Below, in pieces: positions 56,381 to 64,000 of a DNA stretch of 64,000 bases. The first letter of the stretch is position 1. The number at the start of each line of letters is the position of its first letter. The translations under genes and the position numbers were made by a program. Source of the stretch: an uncultured Candidatus Saccharibacteria bacterium (GTDB taxonomy: Bacteria; Patescibacteriota; Minisyncoccia; Portnoybacterales; UBA2143). The stretch spans positions 111,626 through 175,625 of the forward strand of contig CAYPQZ010000008.1 in NCBI GenBank assembly GCA_964413015.1, in the 5' to 3' direction. The notes beneath the pieces were generated by a model, which saw only the letters and a program-made list of their open reading frames with translations, did no database searches and was not told the DNA's origin.

Positions 56381-57449
56381 CGAAAATTACCAAAAACAGC
56401 TTGAAGAAATTTTAGAATTAGCCATAAAAAGGGACGCTAGCGATGTACATTTATCAGTTGGCAAGCCGCCTGTTTTCAGAATTAATGGAGAATTAATCTC
56501 TTTTAAGGGAAAGGCGGTTTTGTCTAAAGAAGATACTCAAGGATTGGCTTTCACGATTCTTACTGAAGAAAAAAAAGATAAGTTTCTTAGCCAAAAGGAT
56601 ATTGATTTATCTTTCACCTTTCAAAAAAAAGCACGTTTCAGGGTCAATGTTTACATGCAGTTAGGGAAAATCAGTATTGCCTTACGCTTGATTCATGGTA
56701 AAATCAGGACTATTGAAGAACTAAAATTACCCGCTATTTCCTATGAGATTGCTAGAGCTCCTCAAGGATTCTTTTTAGTAGTTGGACCTTCCGGACAAGG
56801 GAAATCTACCGCTTTAGCGGCTTTAGTTAATGAAATCAATCATACTCGCTGTGATCACATTGTTACTATCGAAGACCCAGTAGAGTATTTATTTAAGGAA
56901 GACAAATGTATTATTGATCAACGGGAAGTCGGCGAGGATGTCCAAGATTTTCACCGAGGCCTGCGCGAGGTTTTCCGGCAGGACCCGGATGTAATTATGA
57001 TTGGCGAAATGCGCGACCAGGAAACAATTAGCAGCGCAGTGACCGCGGCTGAAACCGGACATTTGGTTTTGACAACCTTGCATACCAATACGGTCTCGCA
57101 GACAATTGACCGAATCATTGACAGCTTTCCGCCGCATCAACAAAACCAGATAAGAATGCAATTGTCATCGACAATTTTAGGAATTTTTTCACGCCGATTA
57201 ATCCCTAGTCCTAAAGAAGGAATGATTAATGCGGTTGAATTGATGATTGCCAATTCAGCTATTAGGAACCTGATTAGAGAAGGGAAAACCCATCAGATAG
57301 ATATGATTATTGAAACCAGCTCGGAAGAAGGAATGATTTCTTTGAATCGTTCTCTAGTTGATTTGGTCAATCAGGGAATGATTTCTTTGGAAAACGCCGA
57401 GCTGCATTCAACCAACCTTTCGGAATTGAGAATGTTGTTAAAGAAATAA
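56373..57449 (+). CDS. pilT: Pilus retraction ATPase PilT
   Basis: ASDVHL, GPSGQGKST, TIEDPVE, AAETGHL, AIRNLIRE. Confidence 0.95.
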   Translation: MNNENYQKQLEEILELAIKRDASDVHLSVGKPPVFRINGELISFKGKAVLSKEDTQGLAFTILTEEKKDKFLSQKDIDLSFTFQKKARFRVNVYMQLGKISIALRLIHGKIRTIEELKLPAISYEIARAPQGFFLVVGPSGQGKSTALAALVNEINHTRCDHIVTIEDPVEYLFKEDKCIIDQREVGEDVQDFHRGLREVFRQDPDVIMIGEMRDQETISSAVTAAETGHLVLTTLHTNTVSQTIDRIIDSFPPHQQNQIRMQLSSTILGIFSRRLIPSPKEGMINAVELMIANSAIRNLIREGKTHQIDMIIETSSEEGMISLNRSLVDLVNQGMISLENAELHSTNLSELRMLLKK

Positions 57450-57458
57450 ATTTGACAT

Positions 57459-58664
57459 ATGAAATTTAATTATTTAGTCAGAACCAAAGATGGAGAATTG
57501 CAGAGTGGAGAAGTTAAGGCGATTGATAAAGAAGTAGCTATAAAAACTCTGCAAAATAATGATTTGATAGTTATTAAGCTTCAGCCAAATCATAAGATTT
57601 CTCTTTTGGCAAAGGATATCAGCATCTTTAATCGAATTAAGCGGAAAGAAATATTTGTTTTTTTCCGGCAACTGTCTATTTTGGTAGAGGCAAACATTCC
57701 TTTAGTTCATGCCTTAAAATCTTTGGGTCAGCAGGTAAAAAGCCCCTATTTTGAGGAAATTATTTTTGATATAGCCAATAATGTAGACGGAGGCATGTCT
57801 CTGTCCCAGTCTATGTCAAAATACCCCAAAGTATTTTCTAATTTTTCCATAAACTTAATAAAGTCAGGCGAAGTCAGCGGGCGGCTTCAGGAAACACTAA
57901 ATTATTTGGCCGATTATTTGGAAAAAGAATATGAACTTATTTCAAAGATAAGAGGGGCGATGGCATATCCGGCTTTTATTCTAAGCGCTTTCTTGATAAT
58001 AGGGGTTCTAGTTATGATTATGGTTATTCCCAATTTAACGGACATTTTGCTTGAAAGCGGTCAAGATTTACCATGGACGACTAAAGTGGTTATTGCGGTC
58101 AGCGGATTTATAAGCAGTTTTTGGTGGGTCGTTCTGTTGTTATTAATCATCGGTTTTTTCTGCTTTTCTAGATATAAGAAAACCGAACGTGGAAAGGAAT
58201 ATTGGGATAGGATTAAATTAAGAATCCCTGTTTTCGGGGAACTTCTTCAGAAAATGTATTTAGCCCGTCTGGCTAACAATTTGAGCGCCTTGACAAAAGG
58301 CGGGGTTTCGATTATTCAAAGCTTGAGTATTTCCGGACATGTAGTCAATAATGCAGTTTTTCAGAAAATTCTTTTTCAAGCCAGAGATAAGGTAAAAACA
58401 GGTAAAAATATTAGTTCAGTTTTTGAAAAACATAAAGAATTTCCTCCCTTGTTTTGCCAAATGATTAAAACTGGGGAAAAAACCGGAAAGTTGGACGCTC
58501 TTTTGGAAAAATTAAGCAATTTTTACACCAAAGAAGTGGATAATGTAGTTAATAGCTTGAGCCAGTTAATTGAACCCTTGTTAATAGTTGTTTTGGGCGT
58601 CGGCATTGGGATTTTGGTTATGGCCGTTTTTATGCCGATATATAATCTGACCGGGAGTTTTTAA
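57459..58664 (+). CDS. pilC: Type IV pilus platform protein PilC (GspF family)
   Basis: FFRQLS, GE.SG.L, AMAYP, GEKTGKL, LIEP. Confidence 0.95.
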   Translation: MKFNYLVRTKDGELQSGEVKAIDKEVAIKTLQNNDLIVIKLQPNHKISLLAKDISIFNRIKRKEIFVFFRQLSILVEANIPLVHALKSLGQQVKSPYFEEIIFDIANNVDGGMSLSQSMSKYPKVFSNFSINLIKSGEVSGRLQETLNYLADYLEKEYELISKIRGAMAYPAFILSAFLIIGVLVMIMVIPNLTDILLESGQDLPWTTKVVIAVSGFISSFWWVVLLLLIIGFFCFSRYKKTERGKEYWDRIKLRIPVFGELLQKMYLARLANNLSALTKGGVSIIQSLSISGHVVNNAVFQKILFQARDKVKTGKNISSVFEKHKEFPPLFCQMIKTGEKTGKLDALLEKLSNFYTKEVDNVVNSLSQLIEPLLIVVLGVGIGILVMAVFMPIYNLTGSF

Positions 58665-58920
58665 ATAATAAAAATATAGGTTTTGGGAATATATTACAAT
58701 GACAATATAGGGATTGGTTATTCAGGAACTGATATAAGTAATCAATGAGGAGATTGTTCCTGGGGGATGTTCAAGGTGTTAATAGATGGAGAATACCTTC
58801 TTGAGCCAGTAGATTGACGGTTTTGTACTAGGATGTTTCTACAACGACCCTGCTTATTGTTTGAAATCATAAAGGTCGGGAATAAAAATAATAAAAATTG
58901 CGCGAAAGGGGGTGAAAAAA

Positions 58921-59400
58921 ATGTTAAAGATTTTTAGCGCCAGAAAAGGTGAAAAAGGTTTTACCTTAATTGAGCTTTTAGTGGTTATGGCCATTATTGG
59001 AATTTTGGCAACCATTGTTTTAGTTTCCTTAAACACGGCCAGGCAAAAAGCCCGTGATACTCGTCGCATCAGCGATTTAAGGCAGGTCGCTTTAGCTTTG
59101 GAAATGTATTATGATGATAATGGCGGTTATCCGTCTGATACTACTGCCAGCGATGATGACTGGGCGGTTTTAGAAACAGAGCTGGAAGCGTCTCCTGTTT
59201 ACATGACTTCAGTTCCGTCTGACCCGGGCAGTAATACTTATGTTTATCATCCGAGTGGGACAACGGACAATGGTGCAACTGATTATGTCTTAGGAGCAAC
59301 TTTAGAGAATACAGATAATAAAGCTCTTGATGATGCTTATGACGGTACCGCTAATGGATTAGATTGTTCCGATTCAGGGCTTTACTGTATAATGCCTTAA
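58921..59400 (+). CDS. Type IV pilin, probable major pilin
   Basis: KG|FTLIELLVVMAIIGILA...AR.KARD.RR.SD; C-terminal Cys pair; strong RBS and own terminator. Confidence 0.92.
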   Translation: MLKIFSARKGEKGFTLIELLVVMAIIGILATIVLVSLNTARQKARDTRRISDLRQVALALEMYYDDNGGYPSDTTASDDDWAVLETELEASPVYMTSVPSDPGSNTYVYHPSGTTDNGATDYVLGATLENTDNKALDDAYDGTANGLDCSDSGLYCIMP

Positions 59401-59409
59401 TTTTTAGTT

Positions 59410-59481
59410 AAATAACCTGGTAATCGGGAAGCTTAGCAGGACCGGATGTTTTCTGCTAAGCTTGAGATTATCAGGTTATTT
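59410..59481 (+). terminator. Long hairpin after the pilin gene
   Basis: AAATAACCTGGTAATC..AAGCTTAGCAG...CTGCTAAGCTT..GATTATCAGGTTATTT. Confidence 0.65.
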
Positions 59482-59499
59482 GTGTAAAAGAGCCAAAAG

Positions 59500-59613
59500 G
59501 CGATTTTTAAAAATTTAAGGATTGTCATTGAGAGTAGTGACCTTCCGCCGAAGGCGGAAAGTTACGCTCACCTGTCCGCCTCCGGAGGGAAAAGACGATT
59601 CTTAAATTTTGAC
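59500..59613. repeat. About 115-bp dispersed structured repeat, copy 2
   Basis: Inverted copy of 35237-35351. Confidence 0.85.
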
Positions 59614-59626
59614 AAGCTTCCATGAT

Positions 59627-59687
59627 AAGAACAGTCTTTAAAATGACGCCCTTGTGCTCAAGGGACATCATTTTAAGGACTGTCCTT
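59627..59687. repeat. About 61-bp palindromic REP-like element (AAGGACTGTCCTT family)
   Basis: Inverted copy of 1280-1342. Confidence 0.75.
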
Positions 59688-59694
59688 TAATGAC

Positions 59695-60486
59695 ATGTTT
59701 ATTTATCTTTTCATCTTTTTATTTGGCCTGATGATCGGCAGTTTCCTGAATGTAGTTATTTACCGTTTAGAAACCAAAGAGTCAATCATTAAAGGCCGCT
59801 CTCATTGTTTAGAATGTGGCGTTGTTTTGAAGTGGTATGATAATATTCCGTTATTAAGTTTTATTTTTCTGCGCGGCCGCTGTCGTTTCTGCGGGCAGAA
59901 AATAAGCTGGCAGTACCCTATAGTCGAAATAGCGACTGCTTCGTTATTTCTTCTAATTTTTAATTTTAAATTTTTAATTTTTAAACAGTTTTTAATTTTT
60001 AATTTTATAGACTTAATTTATCTCTGGTTTATTGCATCGGTTTTGATAATTATTTTTGCTTATGACTTAAAGCATTATATTATTCCTGACAAGATTGTTT
60101 ACCCAGCCATTGTCGTATCTGGTATTTGGTATTTAGTATCTGGCATTCTTATACGAAATACGAAATACGAGTTACGAGATACTATTCTGGGTGCCGTTTT
60201 GACTGCTCTGTTTTTTTTCCTGATAGTCCTTATTACTAAAGGCAAAGGTATGGGCTTGGGTGATGTTAAGCTGGCTTTCTTAATGGGTTTAGCGCTGGGC
60301 TGGCCCAGTATTTTAATCGCCCTGTTTTTATCTTTTATGAGCGGAGCGATTGTTGGCATAGGATTGATAGCGGTTGGCAAAAAAGGCCTGAAATCGCAAA
60401 TTCCCTTTGGTCCGTTTCTATCAGCTAGCGCAATCTTTGTTCTGGTTTTTAAAGACTATTTGACAATGTTTTTAGATAAAATATAA
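59695..60486 (+). CDS. pilD: Prepilin peptidase
   Basis: GSFLNVVIYR, RSHC..C, GRCRFC, YP.VE, D, GMGLGDVKL, IPFGPFL. Confidence 0.95.
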   Translation: MFIYLFIFLFGLMIGSFLNVVIYRLETKESIIKGRSHCLECGVVLKWYDNIPLLSFIFLRGRCRFCGQKISWQYPIVEIATASLFLLIFNFKFLIFKQFLIFNFIDLIYLWFIASVLIIIFAYDLKHYIIPDKIVYPAIVVSGIWYLVSGILIRNTKYELRDTILGAVLTALFFFLIVLITKGKGMGLGDVKLAFLMGLALGWPSILIALFLSFMSGAIVGIGLIAVGKKGLKSQIPFGPFLSASAIFVLVFKDYLTMFLDKI

Positions 60487-60513
60487 TATTAATAAGAAAG
60501 GAGGATTAAGTTT

Positions 60514-60963
60514 ATGAATAAAAAATTGTCTATTCCAATTTTTTTAATATTGCTTATTTTAATAATAGCCGCGGCTAATTATTGCTATTATTTTATTTAC
60601 CAAAAAGCAGAAGTTAATCAGGATTCAGAGAATCAGGATAATCAAGAAGGAATAATAGATGAGCAGGAAAACGCCCAAGAACCAGCCAGTAATTTTTTAG
60701 AAGGCGTTTTTCAAAAACAGGAGGATAATTTTGCTTATGTTATTCCAAAAGACGAGGAGGATGCTGAAAAAATTAAATTAACCGAAGAAACTGTTTTTTC
60801 AGAAGTAATCTTTTCCAGCCAACTGGAAGTCATTGAGGAAAAAGAAATTGATCGGTCCGTTATTAAAGAAGGAAATCCAATTGTGGTCTTTTTCTCTAGT
60901 GATGATACGACCGAAGACAAAATAGCTTTAGCCCTTAAACGAATAATTGTAGAAAATGAATAA
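60514..60963 (+). CDS. Hypothetical membrane-anchored acidic protein (OB-like tail)
   Basis: N-terminal TM; stop overlaps the start of the hxsD-like gene. Confidence 0.6.
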   Translation: MNKKLSIPIFLILLILIIAAANYCYYFIYQKAEVNQDSENQDNQEGIIDEQENAQEPASNFLEGVFQKQEDNFAYVIPKDEEDAEKIKLTEETVFSEVIFSSQLEVIEEKEIDRSVIKEGNPIVVFFSSDDTTEDKIALALKRIIVENE

Positions 60964-61354
60964 TAATGGAATAAAATTCTCTTTAAACCTCGAAGCCTAC
61001 CCTTTGGAGGCAATCTACGGGGCGGCCTATGTTTTTATTGACAAGGCATATTTGTTTTTAGATAATCCTTCTTCTAAAAAAATTGAAGTATTCCTAAAAA
61101 GCAAAACCCAAAAAAGCAAAAAACAATTAGAGAATTTAAAAGGAGAGTTTTTGAACGAACTTTTGAATTATACTCTAAGAGTTAATTTAAATAAGCGCAA
61201 CCGGAAGATAAGGGAATACATTGTTAATCAAGCTTTGTTTTCAGCCGTTAAACAGGAAGAGATTAAACAGGAAGATAAATTGGGGTATCAGGACGACCCC
61301 TTAGGTATTGCAGTTCCTTGGGAAGAGAAATATGGAAAGAAAAATTCTGATTAA
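60956..61354 (+). CDS. hxsD: His-Xaa-Ser system protein HxsD
   Basis: Y.LEAI.GAAY.F.D..Y, EF.NELL...LR, IREYIV..AL, DDPLGIAVPWEEKY; next to HxsB. Confidence 0.8.
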   Translation: MNNNGIKFSLNLEAYPLEAIYGAAYVFIDKAYLFLDNPSSKKIEVFLKSKTQKSKKQLENLKGEFLNELLNYTLRVNLNKRNRKIREYIVNQALFSAVKQEEIKQEDKLGYQDDPLGIAVPWEEKYGKKNSD

Positions 61355-61547
61355 TTTCAATAAAAAAATATATCCTCTCAGGGCAGTAAAATTAGCCATA
61401 AAAGAATATCGAAACTTGGCTAATTTTAGTTTGAGACAAAAAGGAAATTATATAATAGTAGAATTAAAAGATATTGACAAAGATGTTGTAGAAATAATCA
61501 AGGATGAATTTTGCAATTATGTCCTCTTTAAATCTAAACAAAGTTAA
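61332..61547 (+). CDS. Second, shorter HxsD-like protein
   Basis: FNKKIY...AV..AI..Y...EFCNYVL; start ATG 61332. Confidence 0.7.
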   Translation: MERKILINFNKKIYPLRAVKLAIKEYRNLANFSLRQKGNYIIVELKDIDKDVVEIIKDEFCNYVLFKSKQS

Positions 61548-62979
61548 ATACAATCAGCTTGGGTTTTTCCGTTTTAAGAAATTTAAGAATAAATATCTTT
61601 TAACTAACGATATTGGTGATTACATATTCTTGAAAGAAAAAGAATTTGATAATTTTTTAACTGGCAATTTAGAAAAAGACAAAGAGCCGTATCTATCTTT
61701 AAAAGAAAAAAACTTTCTGAAAGATGAAATAGATTTGACTGGAATGATAGAAAAATATCGTTCTAAAAAAGCTTTTCTTTTTGACGGGCCCAGTTTGCAT
61801 ATTGTGGTTGTCACTTTAAGATGCAATCATCGATGCGTTTATTGCCATGCCAGCGCTCAGGATATGGATAGGAAGGATTTGGATATGGGGCAGGATATAG
61901 CCAAGCAGGTAGTTGAGAAAATTTTTCAAACCCCCAGCCCTTTTGTGGCCATCGAATTTCAGGGCGGCGAGCCCTTAATCAATTGGCCAGTGGTTAAGTT
62001 AATTATTGAACAGGCACAGAAGAGAAACAAACAAGCTAAAAAAGATTTGCAGATTCGTTTGGTCTCCAATTTTGATTTTATGACCGAGGAAAAGTTTGAA
62101 TATTTGCTTGATAAAAAGGTGAGTTTATGTGTTTCTCTAGATGGTCCGGAAGAATTGCACAACAGAAATCGACCGATTAGGGACTCTATAAAAGGATATA
62201 GTAATTACAAGAATATAGCTAAGTGGGTTAGGAAATTTAATAAGCTTTATTCGCAGCTAAAGAAGAAAGGCTATATTTATAGAATTGCCGGTCGAGTAAC
62301 TATTAGTCGTTATTCTTTGCCTAAAGCTGAAGAAATTGTTGACCAGTATCTTAAATTAGGTTTTGACAGCTTTTATTTGCATCATCTTAATCCTTTTGGT
62401 TTTTCTAAGGAAAGCCAAAAAAAAATTGGCTATTCTGCTGAAGAATATATCAATTTCTACAAAAAAGCCCTTAATTATGTTATCCAGCTGAATCTTAAAG
62501 GCAAAAAATTCAAAGAAAGGATGGCTTTAACTTTTTTAACCAAGATTTTAACTGAAACTGACCCTAATCATTTAGATTACCGGTCGCCTTGCGGAGCCGG
62601 TATCGGCCAATTGGCTTACAATTACAACGGAGATGTTTATACCTGCGACGAAGGAAGAATGTTAAGCATGATGGGAGATGAAAGTTTCCGCTTGGGCAAT
62701 ATTAAAAAAAACAGCTATCAGGAAATAGTTGCCAATCCGATTGTCCGGACCCTGGCCACCGCTTCTTGCTTGGAAGATGTTCCTGGATGCAGTGATTGCG
62801 TTTACAAACCATATTGCGGAGTTTGTCCTATTTACAATTATTTCTCCCAAGGAAATATTTTTGGTCAAGCTCCTAATAACCAAAGGTGTCAAATAAATAA
62901 GGCCATTTTGGATTTTTTATTTGAAAAACTAGAAGATCCTAAAATCAGAACAATCTTGGAAACTTGGCCTAAGAAATAG
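61504..62979 (+). CDS. hxsB: His-Xaa-Ser system radical SAM/SPASM maturase HxsB
   Basis: LHIVVVTLRCNHRCVYCHAS, IEFQGGEP, SLDGP, RSPCGAGIGQLAY..NGDVYTCDEGRM, C..C.YKPYCGVCP. Confidence 0.9.
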   Translation: MNFAIMSSLNLNKVKYNQLGFFRFKKFKNKYLLTNDIGDYIFLKEKEFDNFLTGNLEKDKEPYLSLKEKNFLKDEIDLTGMIEKYRSKKAFLFDGPSLHIVVVTLRCNHRCVYCHASAQDMDRKDLDMGQDIAKQVVEKIFQTPSPFVAIEFQGGEPLINWPVVKLIIEQAQKRNKQAKKDLQIRLVSNFDFMTEEKFEYLLDKKVSLCVSLDGPEELHNRNRPIRDSIKGYSNYKNIAKWVRKFNKLYSQLKKKGYIYRIAGRVTISRYSLPKAEEIVDQYLKLGFDSFYLHHLNPFGFSKESQKKIGYSAEEYINFYKKALNYVIQLNLKGKKFKERMALTFLTKILTETDPNHLDYRSPCGAGIGQLAYNYNGDVYTCDEGRMLSMMGDESFRLGNIKKNSYQEIVANPIVRTLATASCLEDVPGCSDCVYKPYCGVCPIYNYFSQGNIFGQAPNNQRCQINKAILDFLFEKLEDPKIRTILETWPKK

Positions 62980-63040
62980 ATTTGAGTTATCCACAAATAA
63001 AGATTAAATTAATCGTTAAAAATTGCTATAATAAAGACAA

Positions 63041-63496
63041 ATGATTAAGAATAAGTTGCCTCAGGTCAAAAAAGACATTAAGGCCTTTTTAACTAGCGAA
63101 GAAGGCAGGATTAATAAAAAGAAAGTGGCTAAAATCGCTATGACTGTTTTAGCTTTGGGGATTGGTTTGGCCGGAGCAATGAAGCCGGATCCAAGTTCAG
63201 CTGCTTGTTCTCACGCTTCTCATGGCTCTCACAGCTCCCATAGTTCCCATGGCTCCCATGGCTCTCATGGTTCCCATGGTTCCCATGGCTCCCATGGCTC
63301 TCATAGTTCTCATAGCTCTCATAGTTCCCATGGCTCTCATGGCTCCCATGGTTCCCATGGTTCCCATGGTTCCCATGGCTCCCATGGCTCCCATGGTTCC
63401 CATGGTTCCCATGGTTCCCATAGTTCCCATGGCTCCCATGGTTCCCATGGCTCCCATGGTTCCCATAGCTCCCATAGCTCCCATAGCTCTTATTAA
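63041..63496 (+). CDS. His-Xaa-Ser repeat precursor protein (HxsA-type)
   Basis: 57-aa leader with hydrophobic segment, then 31 H-x-S triplets and a terminal Tyr. Confidence 0.88.
   Translation: MIKNKLPQVKKDIKAFLTSEEGRINKKKVAKIAMTVLALGIGLAGAMKPDPSSAACSHASHGSHSSHSSHGSHGSHGSHGSHGSHGSHSSHSSHSSHGSHGSHGSHGSHGSHGSHGSHGSHGSHGSHSSHGSHGSHGSHGSHSSHSSHSSY
63212..63490 (+). repeat. 9-bp coding tandem repeat, 31 units (CAY-RGY-TCY consensus)
   Basis: Direct reading; synonymous variation between units. Confidence 0.95.
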
Positions 63497-63505
63497 ATTT
63501 GTAAT

Positions 63506-64000
63506 ATGAGTTTGAATAAAAAAATACTATTTTCAACAATTATTATAATTATTTTTATAGTTGCCATATTTGTGGGAGCATTTTTTTATCTGCCTGAAGA
63601 GCAAATTCCATCAGATATTTCTCAGAAAACAGATAAGGAAAAATGCTTAGAAGATGTGGCTCAAATGACCGACCAAGAATTAATTAACGAAGTCAAGAAT
63701 TTAAAAGATCCATATGGAGAAACGGGTATTGTTGGCAGCGATGGCATTCCCAAAGATAGAATGTCCTGGGCCCAAAATCAAATGTCTCGATATCTAATTT
63801 GCAAATTGAGGATTAATTCTAATAATGAAGATGTTTATAATAGAGCAAAAAAGTTTATCGATGAATCAGGCTTTGAAGAAGAATACGAAGACAATAAACA
63901 GATTTATTTGTCCAAACTGGAAAGAGCGCGTTCTGTTCCTGTAGAAAACTCTTTTAATATACAGCTGGCCCTAGGCGATTTAGATGAAATCTGTCCCAAT
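63506..64000 (+). CDS. Hypothetical membrane-anchored protein (truncated by window edge)
   Basis: ATG at 63506, MSLNKKILFSTIIIIIFIVAIFVGAFFYL..., open to the window end. Confidence 0.7.
   Translation, partial: MSLNKKILFSTIIIIIFIVAIFVGAFFYLPEEQIPSDISQKTDKEKCLEDVAQMTDQELINEVKNLKDPYGETGIVGSDGIPKDRMSWAQNQMSRYLICKLRINSNNEDVYNRAKKFIDESGFEEEYEDNKQIYLSKLERARSVPVENSFNIQLALGDLDEICPN

Noticed and set aside
62987-62995. DnaA boxes (TTATCCACA here and inverted at 37126-37134) as oriC
   Set aside because: Isolated single boxes with no cluster and no dnaA or dnaN nearby; at most regulatory.
63138-63539. Alternative-frame ORFs (MGAMGT..., MAPMVP..., HGNHGS... antisense)
   Set aside because: Shadows of the 9-bp repeat; only the 63041 frame has a leader, a promoter and HxsB context.

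Overview
AT-rich bacterial chromosome segment whose gene content and style point to Patescibacteria/CPR, probably Parcubacteria (inference: short IF-2 and ValRS, VirB2-like pilins, type IV pilus cluster, many apparently leaderless genes). The backbone is housekeeping (ndk, rpmB, htrA, rbfA, infB, murC, rplS, ftsH, rpsA, gyrA, valS, tsaD, recG, comF, pil genes) with 18 tRNA genes, including the unusual Ile(UAU) and Arg(GCG). Accessory highlights: (1) a 16-gene operon (13305-21879) encoding a CstR-like repressor with its own operator, a thioredoxin::ferredoxin-thioredoxin reductase fusion and a 14-subunit Mrp/MBH-type membrane complex whose catalytic subunit has the Ni-less, two-cysteine MBX/MBS (sulfane reductase) signature; (2) a His-Xaa-Ser radical SAM locus with a signal-peptide-bearing precursor carrying 31 HxS repeats; (3) an integron-like locus run by a tyrosine recombinase that lacks the IntI insertion; (4) small GIY-YIG nucleases and palindromic micro-elements tied to tRNA genes with duplicated tRNA 5' ends; (5) several families of short palindromic or heptameric repeats, some inserted in frame into essential genes. 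All calls come from reading the sequence and recognising motifs; no searches were run.
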